Positions 38,962-51,066 of a stretch of DNA of 64,000 bases are shown in pieces. The position numbers were made by a program, and so were the translations under genes. The first letter of the stretch is position 1, and every line of letters starts with the position of its first letter. Under the pieces are notes generated by a model. That model saw only the letters and a program-made list of their open reading frames with translations, did no database searches and was not told the origin of the DNA. This DNA is from an uncultured delta proteobacterium (GTDB lineage: Bacteria > Desulfobacterota > Syntrophia > Syntrophales > Smithellaceae). The stretch spans positions 187,183-251,182 of the forward strand of contig CAWJQM010000016.1 in assembly GCA_963845095.1 (NCBI GenBank), written 5' to 3'.

Positions 38962-41278
38962 ATGCAAAAAAATTATAAGAGCATTATTGATAGTATCGGC
39001 AATACACCACTGGTCGAAATCTGCCGGCTCAATCCCAATAAAAAAGTAAGGATCATGGCGAAAATGGAGAGCGCCAATCCCGGCGGATCAATAAAAGACC
39101 GTACCGCGTTATTCATGATTGAGCGGGCTGAGAAAAGAGGGGAGTTAACACCTGATAAAATTATCCTGGAAGCGACCAGCGGCAACACCGGCATCGGTCT
39201 GGCCATGATTGCCGCGGCTAAAGGTTATAAATTATGCCTGACGTTGACGGAGTCGGCCAGTGAAGAGAGGAAGAAGATATTACGCGCTCTGGGGGCTGAA
39301 CTGCATTATACGCCGGCAAATCAGGGAACTGACGGCGCTATTGAGGTGGCCTATAAAATGCTCCGCGAAAACCCCGGCAAATATTTTGGCACCGATCAAT
39401 TCAATAATGAAGATAATATTGCCGCTCATTATTATGGAACAGCTCAGGAAATCTGGGATCAAACTGAAGGTGCCGTCACCATGGTGGTATCTTGTCTCGG
39501 CACTACCGGCACCGCCATGGGAATTTCCCGCAGGCTCAAAGAATTAAATCCGCAAATCAAAATTATCGGTGTTGAACCATATTTGAAGCACAAGATCCAG
39601 GGTCTGAAGAATATGCGGGAGTCTTACCGGCCGGGTATATTTGATAAAAAGTGCCTGGACGAAAAGGTGAATATTCAGGATGAGGATGCTTTTGTCATGG
39701 CCCGCAGACTGGCCCGTGAAGAGGGGATTATGGCCGGCATGAGTTCCGGCGCCGCGATGTTCATTGCTGCGCAAAAAGCGATGCAGATGCAGGAAGGGAT
39801 GATCGTGGTCATTTTCCCGGACAGCGGAGAGAGGTATTTAAGCACGGAATTATTCGCCGTCAAAGAAGAAGTATCGACTTTCAGTCTATACAATATCCTG
39901 CAACGCCAAAAAACTTTTTTTAAGCCTGTTTCATCCGGAGAAATTCTCATGCATACATGCGGGCCGACGGTCCACGACGCGCCGCATATGGGAAATTACC
40001 GGCGCCTGGTTGTCTCCGATTTGGTTTGCCGCTATTTGACGTATCAGGGTTATGCGGTTAAGCATATAGTGGATCTGGTCGATCTCACAGATAAATCGGT
40101 AAAAGGCGCGGAAAAAGAGGGCATGGAGCTGGCCGGTTACACGGATAAATATTGTAAAATATTTTTGCAGGATGTGGAATCCTTGAATATTTGCCGAAAT
40201 AACATTTACGTTAAAGCTTCGGAAAATGTTGAGGAGATGCTGAAAATAGTCGAAAAATTAGTCGATAAGAACTATGCATATGAGAAGTTGCACTCGGTGT
40301 ATTACGACATATCCAAATTAGCCGATTACGGGGTTCTTTCCAATGTGAATTTGCGAAAAACCCGACAGGCAAAAACCATTGACCTGGATGATTATGAGAA
40401 AGATAGCCCGATGGACTTTGCCCTTTTAAAAAGGGCAAGCTTGGGAGAGTTGAAAAGGGGCATATATCACAAAACAAAATGGGGCAACATCCGGCCGGGT
40501 TGGCATATTGAGTGCGCGGCGATCTCTCATAAATATCTGGGTGCGCTTTATGATATTAATATCAGCGGCGTTGATGAAATTTTCCCGCATTGTGAAAATA
40601 TTTTAGCGATCAACAAAGCTTTGACCGGCAAGAGCGGCGCAAATTACTGGCTCAATGCCGAATTGGTGATGGTTGCAGGCCGAAAGATGTCGCGTTCCTT
40701 AAATAATGCCCTGCCCTTATCGGAATTGTTCCGGAGTGGCTACACGGGAAGAGATGTAAGGTTTTTTTTGTTGGGAGTGCATTATCGCAAGCCGCTTAAT
40801 TATTCTGAAGAAGCAATGGCAACGGCGAGGAATAATGTCCGGAGGCTTGATATGTTTGTTTGCCGGCTTAATGCTGTTGAATAATGACGGCATTGGCTGT
40901 CCGGAGCTGGATCAGTTGATTTACGATCTTAAAAACGGTTTTGCGGCCGCCATGGATGATGATTTGAATATAGCCGTTGCCCTGGCTGTGCTTTTTGATT
41001 TTATCGGTAAAATAAATTTATCGTTAAGCCGGGGAGCAATCAATCAGGATGACAGCCGGAAGATATTGGCGGCGCTGAAAAAGATCAATGAAGTTATCGG
41101 AGTGATGAATTTTGATGTGTTGACCGCATCGCAGGAAATACAGAATTTAATTACGCGCAGAGAAGCTGCGCGACGGGCGCATAATTGGCAGGAGGCCGAT
41201 ATTTTAAGGTCTCAACTGGCCGCGTTAAATGTTGATGTTCTGGATATGCCGCAAGGGACAGTCTGGCATTATCGATAA
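38962..41278 (+). CDS. fusion protein: PLP-dependent cysteine synthase (CysK/CysM-like) + divergent cysteine--tRNA ligase-like module; frame broken once near the 3' third
   Basis: Residues 1-~300 carry GGSIKDR (PLP Lys), TSGNTGIGLA and GTTGTAMG. The sequence then reads directly ..LYNILQRQKTFFKP..CGPTVHDAPHMGNY.., PGWHIECAA, VDEIFPHCENI, RKMSRS. The DALR-2-like and C-terminal part (DDDLNIAVALAVLFDF..) lies in the next frame (break ~40870-40882). Confidence 0.8.
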
Positions 41279-41293
41279 AATGGAGAAACGCAC

Positions 41294-42115
41294 ATGGCAG
41301 CCGTGCGAAAATCGGCAATAGCCGGTTCCTGGTACCCGGGTCATGCTTCTGCCCTGAAGCAGGATATTAAAAATTATTTTGCTTCGGTGCCTGATTTCGA
41401 TTTGCCGGGAGAGATTTCAGGCCTGGTTGCACCCCATGCCGGCTACGTTTATTCCGGACTGGTGGCCGCCTATGCGTACAAGCTTATTTCCGGCAGGAAT
41501 TACGATGCCGTCGTCATCGTTGGCCCCAGTCATCGCGTGGCTTTCTCCGGGGCGTCTATTTATCGCAGAGGCGGGTATGAGACGCCTTTGGGGATTGTTC
41601 CTGTTGCCGAGCATTTAGCTGATCATATTAGTAATTTCAGCGGAATTGTCCATGACCTTCCCGCAGCTCACATCCAGGAACATTCTTTGGAAATTCAGCT
41701 GCCTTTTCTGCAGGTTGCCCTGGGGGATTTTTCCTTTGTACCTCTGGTGATGGGAGATCAGAGAGCCGACACCTGTTATGAACTGGCGGAGGCGATTTAT
41801 CAGGCTATAAAAGGTAAAAAAATACTGATTGTGGGCAGTTCTGATTTATCCCATTTTCATAATTATAACAAGGCCTCGCAGTTGGATGCCGTAGCTCTCC
41901 AGTATTTACAAAGCGGTGATGCAGCCGGGCTTTTAAAAAGCTTGGATAGCGATATTTGCGAGGCTTGCGGCGGCGGACCAATGGCTGTGGCGATGCTGGT
42001 GGCGCAAAAGATGGGCGCTGAAAAGTCAAAATTGCTGAAATATGCTAATTCGGGAGATGTAACCGGAGATAAAAGTTCAGTGGTTGGATATGCGTCGGCA
42101 GTATTTTATGAATAG
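41294..42115 (+). CDS. amrB: AmmeMemoRadiSam system protein B (MEMO1-like)
   Basis: ..IAGSWYPG.., ..VAPHAGYVYSG.., ..EHSLEIQLPFLQ.. 273 aa. Confidence 0.85.
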   Translation: MAAVRKSAIAGSWYPGHASALKQDIKNYFASVPDFDLPGEISGLVAPHAGYVYSGLVAAYAYKLISGRNYDAVVIVGPSHRVAFSGASIYRRGGYETPLGIVPVAEHLADHISNFSGIVHDLPAAHIQEHSLEIQLPFLQVALGDFSFVPLVMGDQRADTCYELAEAIYQAIKGKKILIVGSSDLSHFHNYNKASQLDAVALQYLQSGDAAGLLKSLDSDICEACGGGPMAVAMLVAQKMGAEKSKLLKYANSGDVTGDKSSVVGYASAVFYE

Positions 42116-42127
42116 GAGGATTGCGCA

Positions 42128-42676
42128 ATGGAACTGACCCCCAAAGAAAAAGCGACTCTGCTGGATATCGTTAAAAAAACTATTGCCGGCAAAGTTAATA
42201 ATAAGAATGTACCCAAGATAACGGTTGATTCGGAAACACTGAAAGAAAAAAGAGGTGCCTTTGTTACGTTGAAAAAAAGGGGTCATTTGCGGGGGTGTAT
42301 CGGTTACATCAAAGCAGTCAAGCCGCTTTGGGAAACCGTGCAGGAAATGGCCGTTGCTGCTGCCTTTCACGATCCGCGTTTTCCGGCGCTGCAGGCCGAG
42401 GAACTTAAAGACCTGTCCCTGGAAATATCGGTCTTGAGTCCATTGCAACGTATTAAGAATATTAACGATATTGAGGTAGGGAAGCACGGTTTATATATTG
42501 TTCGGGGATATAATTCCGGTCTGCTGCTGCCGCAAGTGGCAGTTGAGTATGGTTGGGACAGGGAAACATTTCTTCGGGAAACTTGTTATAAGGCCGGTCT
42601 GTCGGCGGAAGACTGGATGAATTCAGAAACGGAAATTTATATTTTTTCAGCGGATTATTTTGGCGATACAGATTAA
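42128..42676 (+). CDS. amrA: AmmeMemoRadiSam system protein A (AMMECR1 domain)
   Basis: ..RGAFVTLKKRGHLRGCIGY.. AMMECR1 signature. 182 aa. Confidence 0.85.
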   Translation: MELTPKEKATLLDIVKKTIAGKVNNKNVPKITVDSETLKEKRGAFVTLKKRGHLRGCIGYIKAVKPLWETVQEMAVAAAFHDPRFPALQAEELKDLSLEISVLSPLQRIKNINDIEVGKHGLYIVRGYNSGLLLPQVAVEYGWDRETFLRETCYKAGLSAEDWMNSETEIYIFSADYFGDTD

Positions 42677-42729
42677 TCGGAAAATTATCCAACCCGGAAT
42701 CGGTTTTTATAAAAAAATAAAAATTTACC

Positions 42730-42758
42730 TTGACAAACACAGCCATAAAAATTAGAGT
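42730..42758 (+). promoter_or_regulatory. candidate promoter of the tRNA cluster: TTGACA-17-TAGAGT with an AT-rich upstream tract
   Basis: TTGACA at 42730-42735, TAGAGT at 42753-42758. Preceded by tttttataaaaaaataaaaattta (UP-element-like). Confidence 0.4.
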
Positions 42759-42846
42759 CGGCAATTCGCGCGGATATGTGCGATTGTTTCTTGGTGCTTG
42801 AATTTGTAAGCCGTTGATATAAAAGGTTAAATTGAGTTGAGGGTTC

Positions 42847-42922
42847 GCTGGCGTAGCTCAATCGGTAGAGCAGCTGATTTGTAATCAGCAGGTTGCGGGT
42901 TCGAGTCCCATCGCCAGCTCCA
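42847..42922 (+). tRNA. tRNA-Thr (anticodon TGT)
   Basis: Acceptor gctggcg/cgccagc. Anticodon stem gctga/tcagc with loop ttTGTaa. T-loop ttcgagt (one C-A mismatch in the T stem). CCA is encoded. Confidence 0.85.
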
Positions 42923-42944
42923 GTTCCGATATATTTAATATGAT

Positions 42945-43029
<85 letters not shown>

Positions 43030-43050
43030 GAATATTTGAAGTGTAAATTA

Positions 43051-43126
43051 GCGGGAGTAGCTCAGTGGCTAGAGCGTCAGCCTTCCAAGCTGAGGGTCGC
43101 GGGTTCGAATCCCGTTTCCCGCTCCA
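43051..43126 (+). tRNA. tRNA-Gly (anticodon TCC)
   Basis: Acceptor gcgggag/ttcccgc. Anticodon loop ctTCCaa. T-loop ttcgaat. CCA is encoded. Confidence 0.9.
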
Positions 43127-43170
43127 AGCTTTTTAGTTTAGTTGTAGGGCGAAAAGCCTAGAGCAACCTC

Positions 43171-43246
43171 GCCCACGTAGCTCAGTCGGTAGAGCACATC
43201 CTTGGTAAGGATGAGGTCACCAGTTCAATCCTGGTCGTGGGCTCCA
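43171..43246 (+). tRNA. tRNA-Thr (anticodon GGT)
   Basis: Acceptor gcccacg/cgtgggc. Anticodon stem catcc/ggatg with loop ttGGTaa. T-arm accag-ttcaatc-ctggt. CCA is encoded. Confidence 0.9.
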
Positions 43247-43370
43247 GTTAGGGGGCATAAGAAATGACCACCCTGCGGGTCTTGTGGCCTTCAGGTTATG
43301 GCAAGACCATTTCGTTATGGCCCCTTATGCCGGTTGCGTTGTTATAGTTATTATTTGATGACGGCTTAAG
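43247..43370 (+). repeat. structured hairpin element, divergent copy D
   Basis: Starts right after the tRNA-Thr CCA. Arms agggggcataagaaatg / catttcgttatggcccct. Shares ccttatgcc, tatttga and the terminal acggcttaag with copies B and C. Confidence 0.65.
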
Positions 43371-43378
43371 GGAGAGTT

Positions 43379-43528
43379 ATGCGGAATAATATTATTTTAG
43401 CTTGTACGGACTGCAAGCAAAGGAATTACACAACAACAAAAAACAAGCGTACTATGCAAAACCGCCTGGAGCTGAAGAAGTATTGTAAGTTTTGCCGGGG
43501 GCACAAGTTGCACAGGGAAACCAAGTAA
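43379..43528 (+). CDS. rpmG: 50S ribosomal protein L33 (49 aa; below the ORF-track cutoff)
   Basis: Manual translation: [52 protein letters not shown] aagggagag. Confidence 0.9.
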   Translation: MRNNIILACTDCKQRNYTTTKNKRTMQNRLELKKYCKFCRGHKLHRETK

Positions 43529-43546
43529 ATTTGACTCAAAGTAAAC

Positions 43547-43623
43547 AGGCCAGTAGCTCTAATGGATAGAGCGCCGGACTCCAAATCCGGATGCTGGGGG
43601 TTCAAGTCCCTCCTGGCCTGCCA
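43547..43623 (+). tRNA. tRNA-Trp (anticodon CCA)
   Basis: Acceptor aggccag/ctggcct. Anticodon stem ccgga/tccgg with loop ctCCAaa. T-loop ttcaagt. CCA is encoded. Confidence 0.9.
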
Positions 43624-43650
43624 GTTTTTCCTTTTAGTAAAGGTTGGAAA

Positions 43651-43854
43651 ATGGAAAAAATCAAATTATTGATGCAAAAGATAATGCTTTTTCTCAATGA
43701 TGCCAAAGCTGAGCTCAAACGGGTTACTTGGCCGTCACGCAAGCAAACAATGGCATCCACACTGGTCGTAATAATAGTCGTTTTTGTTATGGCGATTTTT
43801 TTCGGTATAATTGATTTCGGTTTGGCTAAACTGATTAAATTAATTTTAGGTTAG
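43651..43854 (+). CDS. secE: preprotein translocase subunit SecE
   Basis: Start at ATG 43651 (MEKIKLLMQKIMLFLNDAKAELKRVTWPSRKQT..). Single C-terminal TM helix. The longer ORF overlaps tRNA-Trp. Confidence 0.85.
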   Translation: MEKIKLLMQKIMLFLNDAKAELKRVTWPSRKQTMASTLVVIIVVFVMAIFFGIIDFGLAKLIKLILG

Positions 43855-43858
43855 CAAA

Positions 43859-44389
43859 ATGGCTTTTAAATGGTACGTCGTTCACACCTATTCGGGATAC
43901 GAAAACAAAGTTAAAATAAGTCTGCAGGAAAGAGTTGATCTTGCTAATGCCCAGGCTTATTTTTCCGATATTCTGATTCCCGAAGAAGACGTCGTGGAAT
44001 TGATATCCGGGGAAAAGAAAACTTCCAAACGCAAATTTTTTCCGGGCTATATTCTTGTCCGGATGGAAATGAATGATGAGACCTGGCATATTGTTAAAGA
44101 CACTCCCAAAGTTACCGGTTTTATTGGCAGTAAAGATAAACCTTCGCCTATTTCCGACAAAGATGTCGAAAATTTAAAGGTCAGAATTGATGAAGGAACT
44201 TTAAAACCCAAACCGAAGTTTAAATTCGATGTCGGCGATCATGTAAAAATAATTGACGGACCATTTACGAATTTTGACGGCGTTATTGATGAGGTAAAGC
44301 CGGAAAAAGGAAAACTGCGTGTTATTGTCAGTATTTTTGGCCGGCCGACTCCCGTGGAGTTGGATTTTATTCAGGTCATGCAAGGATAA
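43859..44389 (+). CDS. nusG: transcription termination/antitermination factor NusG
   Basis: MAFKWYVVHTYSGYENKV.. NGN domain plus C-terminal KOW domain. 176 aa. Confidence 0.95.
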   Translation: MAFKWYVVHTYSGYENKVKISLQERVDLANAQAYFSDILIPEEDVVELISGEKKTSKRKFFPGYILVRMEMNDETWHIVKDTPKVTGFIGSKDKPSPISDKDVENLKVRIDEGTLKPKPKFKFDVGDHVKIIDGPFTNFDGVIDEVKPEKGKLRVIVSIFGRPTPVELDFIQVMQG

Positions 44390-44446
44390 ATATTTTTAGA
44401 ACAGGCTTTTTTAGGCCTAAAAAATCTCAAGATCAGGGTGATCATT

Positions 44447-44872
44447 ATGGCAAAAAAGGTTATTGCAAGTATCAAATTGCAGATTAAGGCTGGAAAGGCG
44501 ACACCGTCGCCCCCGATCGGTCCGGCATTAGGTCAGCACGGCGTCAATATTATGGAATTTTGCAAGGCGTATAATGCATTAACACAAAAACAGGAAGGAA
44601 TGATCATTCCTGTCGTTATTACCGTTTATGCCGACAGGTCATTTACCTTTATTACTAAAACACCGCCGGCTTCAGTGTTGCTCAAGCAGGCGGCGAAAAT
44701 AGCCAAGGGGGCAAGTGATCCCAAAAGAGAAAAAGTGGGAGTAGTTACGGCAAAACAGGTAAAAGAGATTGCCGAATTGAAATTTAATGATTTGAATGCC
44801 GTAAATATCGAAGGCGCCATCAAAATAATTGCCGGTACGGCTAGGTCGATGGGGATCGAAGTCGCAGGTTAA
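44447..44872 (+). CDS. rplK: 50S ribosomal protein L11
   Basis: [40 protein letters not shown]. Confidence 0.95.
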   Translation: MAKKVIASIKLQIKAGKATPSPPIGPALGQHGVNIMEFCKAYNALTQKQEGMIIPVVITVYADRSFTFITKTPPASVLLKQAAKIAKGASDPKREKVGVVTAKQVKEIAELKFNDLNAVNIEGAIKIIAGTARSMGIEVAG

Positions 44873-44890
44873 TAAAAACGAGGTTTATTT

Positions 44891-45589
44891 ATGTTAAGAA
44901 GAGGCAAACGTATATTAGCAGCAAAAGCAAAGGTTGAGCCAACTAAGCGTTATACTCTGAAAGAGGCAGCGGAAATGGTTGTATCAATGGCCGGCGTCAA
45001 ATTTGATGAAACAGTGGATGCCGCCGTCCGTTTGGGAGTTAATCCCGCCCATGCCGATCAAATGGTCAGGGGAAGCGTTGTTTTGCCCAACGGTTTGGGT
45101 AAAACAGTCAGAGTGCTGGTTTTTGCCAAGGGTGAAAAGGAAAAAGAAGCCCTGGAAGCCGGGGCCGATTTAGTTGGTAACGATGAAATTATTGAAAAGA
45201 TAAAAGGCGGCTGGTTTGAATTTGACCGCGTTGTCGCAACACCTGATATGATGGGTGCGGTGGGGAAAATCGGCAAGATTTTAGGCCCCCGCGGTTTGAT
45301 GCCCAATCCCAAAGTCGGCACTGTTACTTTTGAAGTGGGCAACGCCGTGAAGGAACTTAAAGCCGGTAAGGTTGAATTTCGTGTGGAAAAAGCGGGAATT
45401 GTACATTCTCCCGTCGGGAAAGTTTCTTTTGGCGCCGAAAAATTGCAGGAGAATATTCAAGCTTTGCTGGAAACAATTATCAAATTAAAACCCTCTGCCA
45501 GCAAGGGGATCTATATTAAAAGCGTTTCCCTTTCCAGTACAATGGGCGCCGGTGTGAAAGTTGATCCGCTCGATATTAAGAGCGCTTAG
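44891..45589 (+). CDS. rplA: 50S ribosomal protein L1
   Basis: 232 aa of canonical L1. The stop TAG (45587-45589) lies in the terminus of repeat copy C. Confidence 0.95.
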   Translation: MLRRGKRILAAKAKVEPTKRYTLKEAAEMVVSMAGVKFDETVDAAVRLGVNPAHADQMVRGSVVLPNGLGKTVRVLVFAKGEKEKEALEAGADLVGNDEIIEKIKGGWFEFDRVVATPDMMGAVGKIGKILGPRGLMPNPKVGTVTFEVGNAVKELKAGKVEFRVEKAGIVHSPVGKVSFGAEKLQENIQALLETIIKLKPSASKGIYIKSVSLSSTMGAGVKVDPLDIKSA

Positions 45590-45692
45590 GAGCCGTTACG
45601 AAATAAGCTGTTCGCTTACTGGATTTCGTTACGGATCCTTATGCCGTTCCCAAAGGTTATTTGACCAAGTTATTTTTGGGCAACGGCTTAAG
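45585..45692 (+). repeat. structured hairpin element, copy C (internal deletion of the CCCCTCCGGGGGG core)
   Basis: cttaggagccgttacgaaat..atttcgttacggatccttatgccgt..tatttgaccaagttatttt..aacggcttaag. Lacks the ~21 nt between the two gacca direct repeats that are present in copies A and B. Confidence 0.8.
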
Positions 45693-45922
45693 TGTAGAAA
45701 ATGATATTTTAAAGATAAAAGGTCGAAGATAGCAGGTACAGAAGTTTAAACGTAATGAGGCCTGCCGAGACTCGTGGAATGAAAAGAGTTGCTTTATTTA
45801 AGGTAAACAATTTTTAGAAAACGGGCATCGGATTGAAGGAAAGGTTACCGTTTTTATTCTGTATGTGGCTATATTCTCCGGCCTCGTGCATAATAAAATA
45901 ATATTGAAAGGAGGCTGATATA
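45693..45922 (+). promoter_or_regulatory. rplJ 5' leader (candidate L10 autoregulatory leader)
   Basis: A 230-nt untranslated gap before rplJ with paired segments (gcagg..cctgc; aaacgg..ccgttt+T-run). The position matches known L10-leader regulation. The structure was not verified against a covariance model. Confidence 0.3.
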
Positions 45923-46447
45923 TTGGATCGGAGAACGAAAGAGCAAATTGTATCCGAACTGCAGGTAAAACTCAAAAAAGCCAATCTCGGCGTTTTAACC
46001 AGTTACAGCAAAATGAATGTCGAGAAAATGGAAGCACTGAGAAATGTGCTCCGCAAGTCTAATGCTGAGCTGAAAGTTGTGAAAAACACACTTTTGGATA
46101 TTGCTGCGAAGGAAACAGCATTCAGCATACTTGCCGATCATTTCAAATGGCCCATAGCTGTTGTTTTGAGCTATAAAGATCCAGTAGAGCCGACAAAGGC
46201 TCTTATTGATTTCGCCAGGAAAAATCCCGAACTGGAAATCAAGATTGGTGTGCTGGATGGCAAAATCTTAAACAAGAGTGATCTTACGACTCTGGCAGAG
46301 TTACCCAGCAGAGAGGTTCTACTTGGGAAATTGGTTTCTGTTATGGCAGCGGTGCCGACATCACTGGTGACAGTGTTAAGCGGCGTACCGAGAAATTTTG
46401 TTCAAGTGCTCAATGCTTATTGTGATAAGAAAAAAGCATTAAATTAA
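45923..46447 (+). CDS. rplJ: 50S ribosomal protein L10
   Basis: TTG start 8 nt after aaaggagg. MDRRTKEQIVSELQVKLKKA.. 174 aa. Confidence 0.9.
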   Translation: MDRRTKEQIVSELQVKLKKANLGVLTSYSKMNVEKMEALRNVLRKSNAELKVVKNTLLDIAAKETAFSILADHFKWPIAVVLSYKDPVEPTKALIDFARKNPELEIKIGVLDGKILNKSDLTTLAELPSREVLLGKLVSVMAAVPTSLVTVLSGVPRNFVQVLNAYCDKKKALN

Positions 46448-46474
46448 TCAAACATACAGAGAGGTATATTGAAT

Positions 46475-46864
46475 ATGGCAAATCAAATTACAAAAGAAGA
46501 TGTAGTAGAATTCATTGAAGGAATGACCGTATTAGAGCTTTCCGCTTTAGTTAAAGAATTAGAAGAAAAATTTGGTGTTTCTGCTGCTGCTCCCATGATG
46601 ATGGCCGCCGGAGCCGCACCCGGAGCCGCTGCCGCCGCTCCGGCAGAAGAGCAGACTGAATTTAGTGCTATTCTCACCGGTTTTGGTGCGGAAAAGATTC
46701 AGGTAATCAAAGTTGTGCGTGCTATTACGGGCTTGGGCTTAAAAGAAGCCAAAGATTTGGTGGAGGGAGTGCCCAAACCGATCAAAGAAGCGGTTGCTAA
46801 AGATGAAGCTGCAACGATTAAGAAGAAAATTGAAGAAGTTGGCGGAACAGTAGAGATTAAATAA
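46475..46864 (+). CDS. rplL: 50S ribosomal protein L7/L12
   Basis: [23 protein letters not shown].., Ala-rich hinge, C-terminal ..[20 protein letters not shown].. Confidence 0.95.
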   Translation: MANQITKEDVVEFIEGMTVLELSALVKELEEKFGVSAAAPMMMAAGAAPGAAAAAPAEEQTEFSAILTGFGAEKIQVIKVVRAITGLGLKEAKDLVEGVPKPIKEAVAKDEAATIKKKIEEVGGTVEIK

Positions 46865-46899
46865 TAAATAATATTTAAATATATTATTTTAAGGATGCT

Positions 46900-51017
<4,118 letters not shown>

Positions 51018-51066
51018 TTGGTTCATAAGTTACACTTAAGTTTTTAACCGTACAGGAGAATAAGCT

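Noticed and set aside
46865-46899. AT-only 9-bp hairpin (aaataatat/atattattt) between rplL and rpoB as the classical rplL-rpoB attenuator
   Set aside because: The stem is entirely A-T, there is no distinct T-tract beyond the general AT-richness, and the spacer is only 35 nt. This is too weak to call.
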